Below, in pieces: positions 1 through 7,313 of a stretch of 64,000 bases of DNA (position 1 is its first letter; each line of letters opens with the position of its first letter). The stretch comes from a virus. Taxonomy: Duplodnaviria > Caudoviricetes. Under the pieces are notes generated by a model. That model had not been told where the DNA came from, searched no databases, and saw only the letters and a program-made list of their open reading frames with translations. The stretch lies in the IMG/VR virus record IMGVR_UViG_3300010429_001449, one strand, 5' to 3'. The position numbers and the translations under genes are program-made.

Positions 1-33
1 CTGTTATTATAACAGCAAGAACACGAGTGTCAA
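1..33 (-). promoter_or_regulatory. Cassette promoter repeat copy 1 (truncated by window edge)
   Basis: Minus strand TTGACA(33-28)-16 nt-TATAAT(11-6) with CTGTTAT-A-ATAACAG palindrome core. Confidence 0.85.
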
Positions 34-59
34 GAGTCTTTCGGGGATTAAATGGAAGC

Positions 60-90
60 GGGCATTGTGCTGTCTAAAAGCACAATGCCC
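60..90 (-). terminator. Hairpin, putative terminator
   Basis: GGGCATTGTGCT-7 nt-AGCACAATGCCC perfect 12-bp stem downstream of ORF 117..392; weak U-tract. Confidence 0.5.
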
Positions 91-116
91 TAGTAGAGAA
101 TGGGTTGTTGTTCGCC

Positions 117-392
117 CTACGCCGGAAGCGGGGGCTTTGCCGCCGCCTGTTTCAAGACGGCGAGCAGCTTTTGCATGGTCTTGCGCGGGGCGCGGAGAAA
201 CATGGGGGAGCCGTCCCGCGACTTTGCCGACCGCACGTGTATTGCGATCTCCGGCGAGTCGTGGTCATCAGGGTCGACGTAGACCTCGATATGATCCGCC
301 TGGAAAAATCCGTTGCGACCCCAGCCTTCCACGCCAAGACCCTTTACGTCAATCCGCTTCGCGTCTTCGTGAAACCTGATTCTGTCAACCAT
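117..392 (-). CDS. Hypothetical protein (cassette gene, 91 aa)
   Basis: ATG placed after the GGAG of repeat copy 2. Confidence 0.8.
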   Translation of the reverse strand: MVDRIRFHEDAKRIDVKGLGVEGWGRNGFFQADHIEVYVDPDDHDSPEIAIHVRSAKSRDGSPMFLRAPRKTMQKLLAVLKQAAAKPPLPA

Positions 393-400
393 CTTTCTGT

Positions 401-462
401 CTCCACAAAAGGTTTGTTGAACTGTCCTACTGTTATTATAACAGCAGGGCAGCCGATGTCAA
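401..462 (-). promoter_or_regulatory. Cassette promoter/leader repeat copy 2
   Basis: TTGACA-N16-TATAAT, palindrome over -10, AACAAACCTTTTGTGGAG leader. Confidence 0.9.
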
Positions 463-464
463 GA

Positions 465-779
465 CTACTTCCGTCTCTTTTTCCGTCCCCGCCAGTGTTT
501 CTTTTTCTTGCTCCCGGCGAGACGGTCGATATCGTCGCGTATGCGGTCTTGGGTTGCGCCCTTCTGCGCGTCGTTCGCGCTTTGTCCGGCGGCTATCTCA
601 TCTTGGAAGAGGCGTTGTTCTATCTGGAAGCAAGGGGAGCAGTAGCCTACCCAAACGACGTTATTGGGGGAGCTTCCCTCCACTACCTCACCCACAACGC
701 GCCAATCCTGTTTGGCTTGGCCGATATGGGCGTAGTGGTCTTGTCGATCACAACGCATACAATGAATGACGACGCTCAT
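465..779 (-). CDS. Putative zinc-finger protein with basic C-terminal tail
   Basis: MSVVIHCMRC...CSPC and KKKKHWRGRKKRRK tail; stop abuts -35 of repeat 2; start uncertain. Confidence 0.65.
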   Translation of the reverse strand: MSVVIHCMRCDRQDHYAHIGQAKQDWRVVGEVVEGSSPNNVVWVGYCSPCFQIEQRLFQDEIAAGQSANDAQKGATQDRIRDDIDRLAGSKKKKHWRGRKKRRK

Positions 780-844
780 GTTAATGGCAGACAGCCCGAC
801 GGGGGAAGGTCCACCCCGCCGGGCGTCTGCACCTTTCGTGGAGA

Positions 845-1447
845 TCACTCCGAAAAATCCCAGCCGCAATTACGGCAGCGGTAATGAGTCACTTTGCCCA
901 GCTTACCCAAGACGACGCCGGGGCCTCCGCACTTCGGGCAATCGGGCACAACGTCGTCGTCATCGTCGTCGTTCACGCCTTGCGGGGCGCAATCGTCACA
1001 GTAGCCGGTACACTTGTCTTCCTCTTCGTTTGTGAGATCGTTGCCGCAGACAATGCACCGCGCATCTTCCTCATCGTCATCCGTTCCGGCAAGGAAGTAT
1101 TCCCGGACAACTTTCGGGCCGGGACTCCCGCGATCCAAGTCGCGCAGAGCGCAAGCCGCCCGCGCATCGCCCGGCGTGTCGTACTGAGCAACGGCGTCGT
1201 TGCGCGTGTCTATGACCTGCACTTGAACCGCCGTAACACAGTGAACCGCCACGACTTCCCCACAGTCCGTAACGACTATGACGCGGGGTATTTCTCTGCC
1301 CTTGCAATCGCAAGGCCCGGCGTCTGTCACGGCGTCCAAAATGGTACTGATGTTGGAGCGCATTTCCTCCAGGCTCTCCGGAGAGCCGTCATACGCTTCC
1401 GTCCATTCCCTTATTTCCTTCAATGCTTCTTTCGCGGTCAGTTTCAT
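845..1447 (-). CDS. Acidic protein with C-terminal Zn-ribbon motifs
   Basis: Four CxxC pairs (CIVC, CDDC, CPKC, CRNC); starts after repeat 3 RBS. Confidence 0.8.
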   Translation of the reverse strand: MKLTAKEALKEIREWTEAYDGSPESLEEMRSNISTILDAVTDAGPCDCKGREIPRVIVVTDCGEVVAVHCVTAVQVQVIDTRNDAVAQYDTPGDARAACALRDLDRGSPGPKVVREYFLAGTDDDEEDARCIVCGNDLTNEEEDKCTGYCDDCAPQGVNDDDDDDVVPDCPKCGGPGVVLGKLGKVTHYRCRNCGWDFSE

Positions 1448-1455
1448 CTTTGTCT

Positions 1456-1516
1456 CTCCACAAAAGGCTGTCAGACTGTCCTACTGTTATTATAACAGCA
1501 GGACAGTCTATGTCAA
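1456..1516 (-). promoter_or_regulatory. Cassette promoter/leader repeat copy 3 (longest palindrome)
   Basis: AGACTGTCCTACTGTTAT-T-ATAACAGCAGGACAGTCT, 18-bp arms with one mismatch; TTGACA-N16-TATAAT. Confidence 0.9.
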
Positions 1517-1521
1517 GTCCT

Positions 1522-1890
1522 TTAATCCCACCACAGGCGCAACGCGCCGTTCTCTATGTCGGACTCGTCGGCGTGAAGCGCCTTAGCCTTGTCCGCAACC
1601 TTGCGGAGCAGGGCGGGGTTGCCGCGCCCGTAGAGAACAACCGAGAACTCGCGCCCGACGTGCCAGACAAGCTCGTCGTCGGGATCGAGGGCCACGATTT
1701 CGCGGGCAACGACTTCCGGATAGAATTCGTTGTAGCCGCCGATACGAGAAAGGACGCGCCCCAAACAACTTGTTGGAACGCCGCGCCTGACCGCCCACCC
1801 ATAGATCGGGAACTCCCGGCGGTCGCCGTAGTAACCGGCACTTACCACACGAACACCATCACGTAAAGCGTGACTTGCTACAGTAGGCAT
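1522..1890 (-). CDS. Hypothetical protein (cassette gene, ends LRLWWD)
   Basis: Start moved to ATG 1890 (MPTVASH), downstream of repeat 4 RBS. Confidence 0.8.
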   Translation of the reverse strand: MPTVASHALRDGVRVVSAGYYGDRREFPIYGWAVRRGVPTSCLGRVLSRIGGYNEFYPEVVAREIVALDPDDELVWHVGREFSVVLYGRGNPALLRKVADKAKALHADESDIENGALRLWWD

Positions 1891-1899
1891 CTTTCGAGT

Positions 1900-1958
1900 C
1901 TCCACAAAAGGTTTGTTCTGTCCTACCTTTATTATAACAGCACGACGGCCTATGTCAA
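1900..1958 (-). promoter_or_regulatory. Cassette promoter/leader repeat copy 4
   Basis: TTGACA-N16-TATAAT plus conserved leader. Confidence 0.9.
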
Positions 1959-1960
1959 GA

Positions 1961-2446
1961 CTATTTCTTGAGGCGTTGCTTGTGCAGAGCCATGAGATAG
2001 GCGCTCAGGAGAGGGCCGCGCACCACGTCGTCCAATTTAGCGCGGGTGAGGGAGCTTTCGACGGCTGATACAGGCAGACTCGCGTAGTCCCCTTCTCCGT
2101 TACCGTGGCGGGCGGCTACGCTCTGGTGGTCCGGGCTGATATAGAGATAGAGATCATACGCTTCTTTCGTACCGTCGCTGCGATAGTACGAAGAGTCTGT
2201 GCTGCCGAGATACACGAATCCAGTAGCCTTACAGCCGGGCGTCGCCCAACGAGGCGGGCGGTCAACAACCGCGTCGAGATGGGGCTGCGCCAACTCCACG
2301 AAATTGAGCATGTAAAACGTGCGGTGGATCGCGAGTACCGCGTCATCAACCGCTGCCGTCCCTTGATCATCATCTCTGGGAACTACCGCCCAGTAAATCG
2401 TCTCTACAGCCTTGAGGGCCTTCGTCAGTTCCTCTCTTACACCCAT
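1961..2446 (-). CDS. Hypothetical protein, paralog of 2506..2970
   Basis: Shares FVxLG..YDLYL...DHQ...ARxGNGxGxYxS...VxGPLLxA with the neighbouring gene. Confidence 0.85.
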   Translation of the reverse strand: MGVREELTKALKAVETIYWAVVPRDDDQGTAAVDDAVLAIHRTFYMLNFVELAQPHLDAVVDRPPRWATPGCKATGFVYLGSTDSSYYRSDGTKEAYDLYLYISPDHQSVAARHGNGEGDYASLPVSAVESSLTRAKLDDVVRGPLLSAYLMALHKQRLKK

Positions 2447-2454
2447 TGCCGTCT

Positions 2455-2514
2455 CTCCACAAAAGGGGTTGTTCTGTCCTACCTTTATTATAACGGCAGC
2501 AACGGCTATGTCAA
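2455..2514 (-). promoter_or_regulatory. Cassette promoter/leader repeat copy 5
   Basis: TTGACA-N16-TATAAT plus leader; -35 overlaps the last codons of the upstream gene. Confidence 0.9.
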
Positions 2515-2970
2515 GAGATTTCTTTCGAGAGCAACGAGAAAGGCGGTCAGCAAGGGGCCTTGCACGGCGTTTGCCAGATTGACTTCTGTAAGTGATCGCC
2601 GGATTATCTTGGCGGACATACTCTCGTACTCCCCCGCGCCATTACCGAAACGGGCAAAAATCGTTTGGTGGTCAGCGCCATTAACAAGGTACAGATCGTA
2701 AATGACTTGCGTCCTATAAAGGCCGCTACGCGCCCTACCGAGAAAAACGAACTGCTCCTCTCGTTCGGGACGCCAACGGAAACACTCGCCGGGCAGACGC
2801 GCAGCAAGAGCCGCGTCTCTCAACTCTCGCACATTGAGAGCAAAGAAAGCCTCCAGCATCGCGTTTTCCGCAACGTCAAGGGCCTTCTTCGCGTCTTCGT
2901 TCTGAGACAAATCAAGCGTCCAACGAACGCGCTCTAAAGTCTGTCGCGCCGCGCATAACTGTTCTCGCAT
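2506..2970 (-). CDS. Hypothetical protein, paralog of 1961..2446
   Basis: Paralogous motifs; AGGAGG RBS upstream. Confidence 0.85.
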   Translation of the reverse strand: MREQLCAARQTLERVRWTLDLSQNEDAKKALDVAENAMLEAFFALNVRELRDAALAARLPGECFRWRPEREEQFVFLGRARSGLYRTQVIYDLYLVNGADHQTIFARFGNGAGEYESMSAKIIRRSLTEVNLANAVQGPLLTAFLVALERNLLT

Positions 2971-2976
2971 GACATT

Positions 2977-3024
2977 CCTCCTTTGAACCTATCTGTATTA
3001 TAACAGCGGTGGAGAAAGTGTCAA
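2977..3024 (-). promoter_or_regulatory. Cassette promoter copy 6 (short variant)
   Basis: TTGACA-N16-TATAAT followed by AAGGAGG. Confidence 0.85.
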
Positions 3025-3030
3025 GAGTCT

Positions 3031-3465
3031 TTATTCGACAGATTCGCCTTTTTCGTCAACGGCGGAGGTGATAGTCTGGCCGCGTCCTTGTCCTTTGCGC
3101 GAATCATAGAGAAATAGGACGGGCTTATGCACTTTGACGCACTCGGTAGCTAGGACGGCGAGCAGGAGGTTGACTAAGGTCGGTTTATCAAACGGCCCGC
3201 TGGGGAGATCGCGGCCACGCCGCCAGTCTTCACCGGCGCGGGGCTTGCGGGAGCGCACGGAGCAACTGATGCTACCCGTCTCGACCTGGCCGCACGGAGG
3301 TATTAGCGTGAACACGTACTCGTTAACATCGGTAAAGAGGTGGAAACGGATACGCCCGCGCCGCGAATCAACGTAGGAGAGATCGTTGGCGCGGCAACCG
3401 ACCCGATTGAAAAAGTCCGGGGGGAACCACGATAGGAAAAGTTCCAGGCTTTCGTCGAGAGTCAT
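3031..3465 (-). CDS. Hypothetical phage protein
   Basis: AAGGAG RBS before ATG 3465 (MTLDESL); contains RKPRAGEDWRRGRDLPSGPF; possible TGGACA-N17-TATTAT promoter upstream. Confidence 0.75.
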   Translation of the reverse strand: MTLDESLELFLSWFPPDFFNRVGCRANDLSYVDSRRGRIRFHLFTDVNEYVFTLIPPCGQVETGSISCSVRSRKPRAGEDWRRGRDLPSGPFDKPTLVNLLLAVLATECVKVHKPVLFLYDSRKGQGRGQTITSAVDEKGESVE

Positions 3466-3533
3466 GGGAAATACTCCTTTTGGGCGTAACGCCGTATTGA
3501 AAATAATAGCCCAGGGCGGGGGCGGTGTCCAGT

Positions 3534-3569
3534 TAAACACCGAAAGCCCCGTCGGCGGGGCTTCGGTGG
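3534..3569 (-). terminator. Putative intrinsic terminator
   Basis: CACCGAAGCCCCG-CCGA-CGGGGCTTTCGGTG followed by TTTA, downstream of 3604..4026. Confidence 0.65.
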
Positions 3570-3603
3570 CCTTTGTGGAGGATTCTATACTCCCCCGGTA
3601 ATC

Positions 3604-4026
3604 TCAGAAAGGCGGCTCCTCACGAGCAACAGGCGGCGTCGCAACCGCAAGGCCGTGCCGGAGAAAGAGTTGATGCTTTTCCTCTGCCACGTCCAGACAC
3701 CCGTCGTAACGGGCGCGGATAAGCTCTGCCGCGACATGCCAGAGCGCGTCGGCCAGTCGCCAGAGCGTCCTTTCCTCAAGACTCGGGTCGATGTCAACCA
3801 GAGCAAGCGTCTCTCCCGCATGAACCACGCGCAGCGCGATTACAGGGGGCGTCTCGGAAGGCTCTTCGTCCCAAAACGGGCAGACAAACACAGCCTGAGA
3901 CAACTCGGCAACCGTCGGATGATCCGGCAGGTACGCAGAGTGCCAAACGCGCTCCTCGCCGTCCGCGCCAGGCGTGGTCACAACCACTTCCATGTTGAAG
4001 GTGTCAGCGATATGTACGTGCGGCAT
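3604..4026 (-). CDS. Hypothetical protein (MPHVHIAD...)
   Basis: Start coupled by TAATG to an 11-codon leader ORF (4026..4061). Confidence 0.75.
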   Translation of the reverse strand: MPHVHIADTFNMEVVVTTPGADGEERVWHSAYLPDHPTVAELSQAVFVCPFWDEEPSETPPVIALRVVHAGETLALVDIDPSLEERTLWRLADALWHVAAELIRARYDGCLDVAEEKHQLFLRHGLAVATPPVAREEPPF

Positions 4027-4068
4027 TAGTTGCCCCCTTCCTCTGTGAGCGTCTTGGTCATTTTCTGT

Positions 4069-4128
4069 CTCCACAAAAAGGTTTGTTCTATCCTACCTTT
4101 ATTATAACAGCAGGACAGCCAGTGTCAA
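4069..4128 (-). promoter_or_regulatory. Cassette promoter/leader repeat copy 7
   Basis: TTGACA-N16-TATAAT plus leader. Confidence 0.9.
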
Positions 4129-4136
4129 GGGGAGGT

Positions 4137-4508
4137 TTAACCTAGTTCGGTTGCGTCCACGACACCATCAACCGACACTACAGCACTGCACAAGTGCCAT
4201 TGCAAAGTGCCCATCTTAATCTTGTAAGCCTTACAGAAGAGTTTGACACGATCATACACACCGGCGAGATCGCCCAAATCAAACACGGAAGGGTCAACGA
4301 CAGCGCTCTCCGACGTCGACACGCGGCAATGCGACTTGTCCAGCAAGACGCAGAGACGACCCACATGGTCGCTGTGCAAGATGCCCACACAGATATCATC
4401 CCCGACGGGATAACACCCTATATCCGACTGGTAGTAGTTCAGCGCTTTCACGCTGGCCGCGTCAGTCACAAAGAAACCAAAGAACAATGTCGCGTAACTT
4501 TTCTGCAT
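4137..4508 (-). CDS. Hypothetical protein (MQKSYAT...)
   Basis: ATG after the AGGAG of repeat 8. Confidence 0.75.
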   Translation of the reverse strand: MQKSYATLFFGFFVTDAASVKALNYYQSDIGCYPVGDDICVGILHSDHVGRLCVLLDKSHCRVSTSESAVVDPSVFDLGDLAGVYDRVKLFCKAYKIKMGTLQWHLCSAVVSVDGVVDATELG

Positions 4509-4518
4509 GGCTTTGTCT

Positions 4519-4557
4519 CTCCTACTGCTATTATAACCGCGCAACCGTCTATGTCAA
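4519..4557 (-). promoter_or_regulatory. Cassette promoter copy 8 (short; left half of divergent pair)
   Basis: TTGACA-N16-TATAAT-AGCAGTAGGAG. Confidence 0.85.
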
Positions 4558-4585
4558 GTCTTATTCAGAAAATATTTATCCCCTC

Positions 4586-4643
4586 TTGACAGAGGCCGCG
4601 CCGCCGTTATAATAAAAGTAGATTCAACTAACCTTTTGTGGAG
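4586..4643 (+). promoter_or_regulatory. Cassette promoter/leader copy 9 (plus strand)
   Basis: TTGACA(4586)-N16-TATAAT(4608)...AACCTTTTGTGGAG. Confidence 0.9.
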
Positions 4644-4651
4644 ACAGGACA

Positions 4652-4951
4652 ATGACGAAAGCGAAGCGACGCAAGACGGACCTCTTTCACACGCTCAAGG
4701 ACTACTACCTTGAGGGTCAGTGGTTCCTTGACCGCGTAGGCAATCTGTACATCGTGCCCGCAACCTACGCATCGTGCCAACCGATAATCGGCCCCGGCGA
4801 TGACGACGCCCGCGTCATCGAAGCCCTGGAAGAATCCCGCGCCGCCAATGACGGCGAAGTCACGGAAAGCGTCATGCTCGACTGGGATTTGCTCCCCATA
4901 GGACCAGACGTGCGCCGATTCTCCGAACAGCGGGGTTATTTCTATCTTTAA
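4652..4951 (+). CDS. Hypothetical protein (cassette gene)
   Basis: ATG after repeat 9 RBS; stop abuts -35 of repeat 10. Confidence 0.8.
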   Translation: MTKAKRRKTDLFHTLKDYYLEGQWFLDRVGNLYIVPATYASCQPIIGPGDDDARVIEALEESRAANDGEVTESVMLDWDLLPIGPDVRRFSEQRGYFYL

Positions 4952-4954
4952 CCC

Positions 4955-5014
4955 TTGACATAGGGCGTCCTGCTGTTATAATAACAGTAGGATAGAACAA
5001 ACCTTTTTGTGGAG
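4955..5014 (+). promoter_or_regulatory. Cassette promoter/leader copy 10 (plus strand)
   Basis: TTGACA(4955)-N16-TATAAT(4977), palindrome, AACAAACCTTTTTGTGGAG. Confidence 0.9.
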
Positions 5015-5023
5015 AACAAAGCA

Positions 5024-5221
5024 ATGACGAAAGAAACGACCGTCAAAGAGACGACCGCCAACGACAGGCTGATAGCCGCCGCGCCGGACCTGCTGGAAGC
5101 GTGTAAGCTGGCTTACGCGGCGCTGAAGCCCGGTGATGTTCGCAAGGACTTCAGCGGACACGTTGCGAAAGCCGCTCTGGGCAATGCAATCTACAAGGCG
5201 GAAGGGAAAATACCTCAGTAA
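5024..5221 (+). CDS. Small phage protein with AN(A/D)RLIAAAPDLL motif
   Basis: Motif common in small phage ORFs; ATG 5024 after RBS. Confidence 0.8.
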   Translation: MTKETTVKETTANDRLIAAAPDLLEACKLAYAALKPGDVRKDFSGHVAKAALGNAIYKAEGKIPQ

Positions 5222-5239
5222 CCTTTTTGGAGAGAGACA

Positions 5240-5593
5240 GTGATACACACAGACGACAAAGTAATAGTTACGAGCAGCGTACCGGATGGCTACGCTCGTT
5301 TCGTGAGTGAAGTCGGGATAGTCCTAGACGTTTCCGATGACGGGATTGCACTCGTGGAAGTGTACGACCCCGATTCGGATAACATCGAGGAAGTGCCTTT
5401 CGAGATCGAGCATCTGACCCTTGCCAGCGATGACGATGCAAGGCTGGCGATGTTCCGCCTGCTGGCTAACGCGGCGGCGGACGCGGCGGGCGTGGGCGAG
5501 TGTGACGCCGAGACGCTGGAGAAGATGCTCGACGCGATGCTGAACGTGTACAACAAATCCGATTACATCCTCACCGTCAAGAAAGGGGGCTAA
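5240..5593 (+). CDS. Hypothetical acidic protein
   Basis: GTG preceded by promoter-less leader remnant AACCTTTTTGGAGAG. Confidence 0.75.
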   Translation: MIHTDDKVIVTSSVPDGYARFVSEVGIVLDVSDDGIALVEVYDPDSDNIEEVPFEIEHLTLASDDDARLAMFRLLANAAADAAGVGECDAETLEKMLDAMLNVYNKSDYILTVKKGG

Positions 5594-5594
5594 C

Positions 5595-5831
5595 GTGCCG
5601 CCTACTGTTTTGGTACCCATACAAATGACTCCCGAAATGTGGGAGAGAGTCCGCGAGTCCGCCGACGCTTCCCGCGTAGGGAGCGTGGACGCTGACGACA
5701 AGGCGTACAACGCGAAGCTGGTCGATGACGCGGAGAACTTCCGGCTGACGAGAGCCGTCCGTATGGAAGTCTGCGACTTGGTCTATCTCGCTCTGTTCGG
5801 CGCAAGCCCTCAGCCTGGAGCAAAGATATGA
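5595..5831 (+). CDS. Hypothetical protein
   Basis: Tight operon packing between neighbours. Confidence 0.65.
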   Translation: MPPTVLVPIQMTPEMWERVRESADASRVGSVDADDKAYNAKLVDDAENFRLTRAVRMEVCDLVYLALFGASPQPGAKI

Positions 5832-6028
5832 ACCCGAAATACCCGGAAATTGAAGTAGAGTTGACGGGGCGGGACAGCAACGCCTACGCCATACTAGGCG
5901 GCGTGACCCGCGCCCTACGCCTGGCCGGAGTCTCGAAAGAGGAACAGGAAGCGTTCTGCGCCGAAGCCACAAGCGGCGACTACGATCATCTGCTGCAGAC
6001 AGCTATGCGGTGGGTAACAATCACCTGA
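5828..6028 (+). CDS. Small conserved phage protein
   Basis: LxGxDxNAxAILGxVxxAL...ATSGDYDHLL pattern; ATGA overlap and GGAG RBS. Confidence 0.8.
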   Translation: MNPKYPEIEVELTGRDSNAYAILGGVTRALRLAGVSKEEQEAFCAEATSGDYDHLLQTAMRWVTIT

Positions 6029-6044
6029 AAAGAGGAATCTTCCC

Positions 6045-6833
6045 GTGACATGGAATCCTGAAAGTCTGAAACATCTGAACTCGCTAACCAAGTTTCCGTC
6101 GATTTTCCAACCGTGGGCGGCGGTACAGCAAGACAAGCGACCGTGCTACGTCGGCGACATCATTTCCAACAAGTTCAGCCAATCTGTGTTCCGCGTCACC
6201 GAGAAGGTGGACGGAACCAATGCGCGGCTGATCGTTACGGACGATGGATGGTTCATCGGCGCTAGAGAAGAACTGCTGGCCTACAGCTACGACTTGCTGG
6301 TCCACGAACAGAACTTCATCGTGGAGACCTTGCGGCCTATCGCCGAAGTCGTTGCCCACGGCATTGCCGAAGGCTTGCGGAACGAACCGTTTGGCGCGGT
6401 CGTGCTTTACGGAGAGGTGTTCGGCGACGGTATCCAGAAACGGTACCGTGGACAGCCACGCGGTTTCCGCGTGTTCGCAACCCGACGTTGCATGTGGGAA
6501 GTCTCGCCGAATCCCCAAGTCTGGCGGCAAACCAGCACGGGCTTCGACTTTCGAGGCAGTCTCAATGCGGCGCAAGAATTCGTTGACGCCTACGGGCGCG
6601 GCGTGTTGACTACCGTACCCGACCTAGGTTGGGTTTCCGGCGACGTTCTCGCCGATCCCCGCGCTGCGCTGGCGTGGCTAAGACGGTTTTCCGACTCCCG
6701 CGCCGTGCCGGGCGCTCAGTGCGAAGGCGTAGTGTTACTGAGCGACGGCGACTACACGAAGGCGGACGACGGCAGTCTTCAACGGAACATCCACAAGATC
6801 AAGTTTGAGGATTTTCCGAGGGAGTGGCTATGA
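6045..6833 (+). CDS. ATP-dependent RNA ligase (Rnl2-like nucleotidyltransferase)
   Basis: Motif I TEKVDGTN, YGEVFGDGIQK, FRVF, EGVV, C-terminal KIK. Confidence 0.8.
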   Translation: MTWNPESLKHLNSLTKFPSIFQPWAAVQQDKRPCYVGDIISNKFSQSVFRVTEKVDGTNARLIVTDDGWFIGAREELLAYSYDLLVHEQNFIVETLRPIAEVVAHGIAEGLRNEPFGAVVLYGEVFGDGIQKRYRGQPRGFRVFATRRCMWEVSPNPQVWRQTSTGFDFRGSLNAAQEFVDAYGRGVLTTVPDLGWVSGDVLADPRAALAWLRRFSDSRAVPGAQCEGVVLLSDGDYTKADDGSLQRNIHKIKFEDFPREWL

Positions 6834-7045
6834 AACCGTGTAATCGCTGCGGCAAGTGCTGTAAGGGAAGTCCCTGCGGTCTCGCCGAGAAGCACGGCAT
6901 GGTTCAACCCCCGAACCGTCCTTGCGTCGCCCTAGTAAGGATCGGCGGCTATTATAGCTGCGGTCTGCTTGTGAACGCGAAGCCCCGCGAGGCCGCCGAG
7001 ATCAGGAAGGCCCTGAAGATTGGGGAAGGCTGTCATTTGTGGTGA
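6830..7045 (+). CDS. Small Cys-cluster protein (CxxCxxCC, YkgJ-like metal binding)
   Basis: CNRCGKCC...PC...PC...C; GGGAG RBS. Confidence 0.6.
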   Translation: MKPCNRCGKCCKGSPCGLAEKHGMVQPPNRPCVALVRIGGYYSCGLLVNAKPREAAEIRKALKIGEGCHLW

Positions 7046-7313
7046 CGCCGAGAGCAGCCTTGAGGCCGTCCGATGGAGGCACTTGATGCACGAATCGGGC
7101 GGCCTCTTTTCCATTCAGGAAAACGATGGTAGTCGGGATTTCCAATACGTCATAGAATGCGGCCCGAGCGCGGCCTTGCGGATCGTCGGTATTGAAAAAC
7201 GTAACGTCCGCCGCGACGCCCCATTTGGGGAGTTTGACCGCCATCATGCTTTTGGTACTGGCGCACTTGGGGCAGCCGGGTTTGCCGAAAATGAAAATCT
7301 CTTTGTCGTTCAT
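7002..7313 (-). CDS. Thioredoxin/glutaredoxin-like protein (NrdH-like)
   Basis: IFIFGKPGCPKC active site, cis-Pro IPT; ATGA overlap with the nrdD stop. Confidence 0.85.
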   Translation of the reverse strand: MNDKEIFIFGKPGCPKCASTKSMMAVKLPKWGVAADVTFFNTDDPQGRARAAFYDVLEIPTTIVFLNGKEAARFVHQVPPSDGLKAALGVTTNDSLPQSSGPS

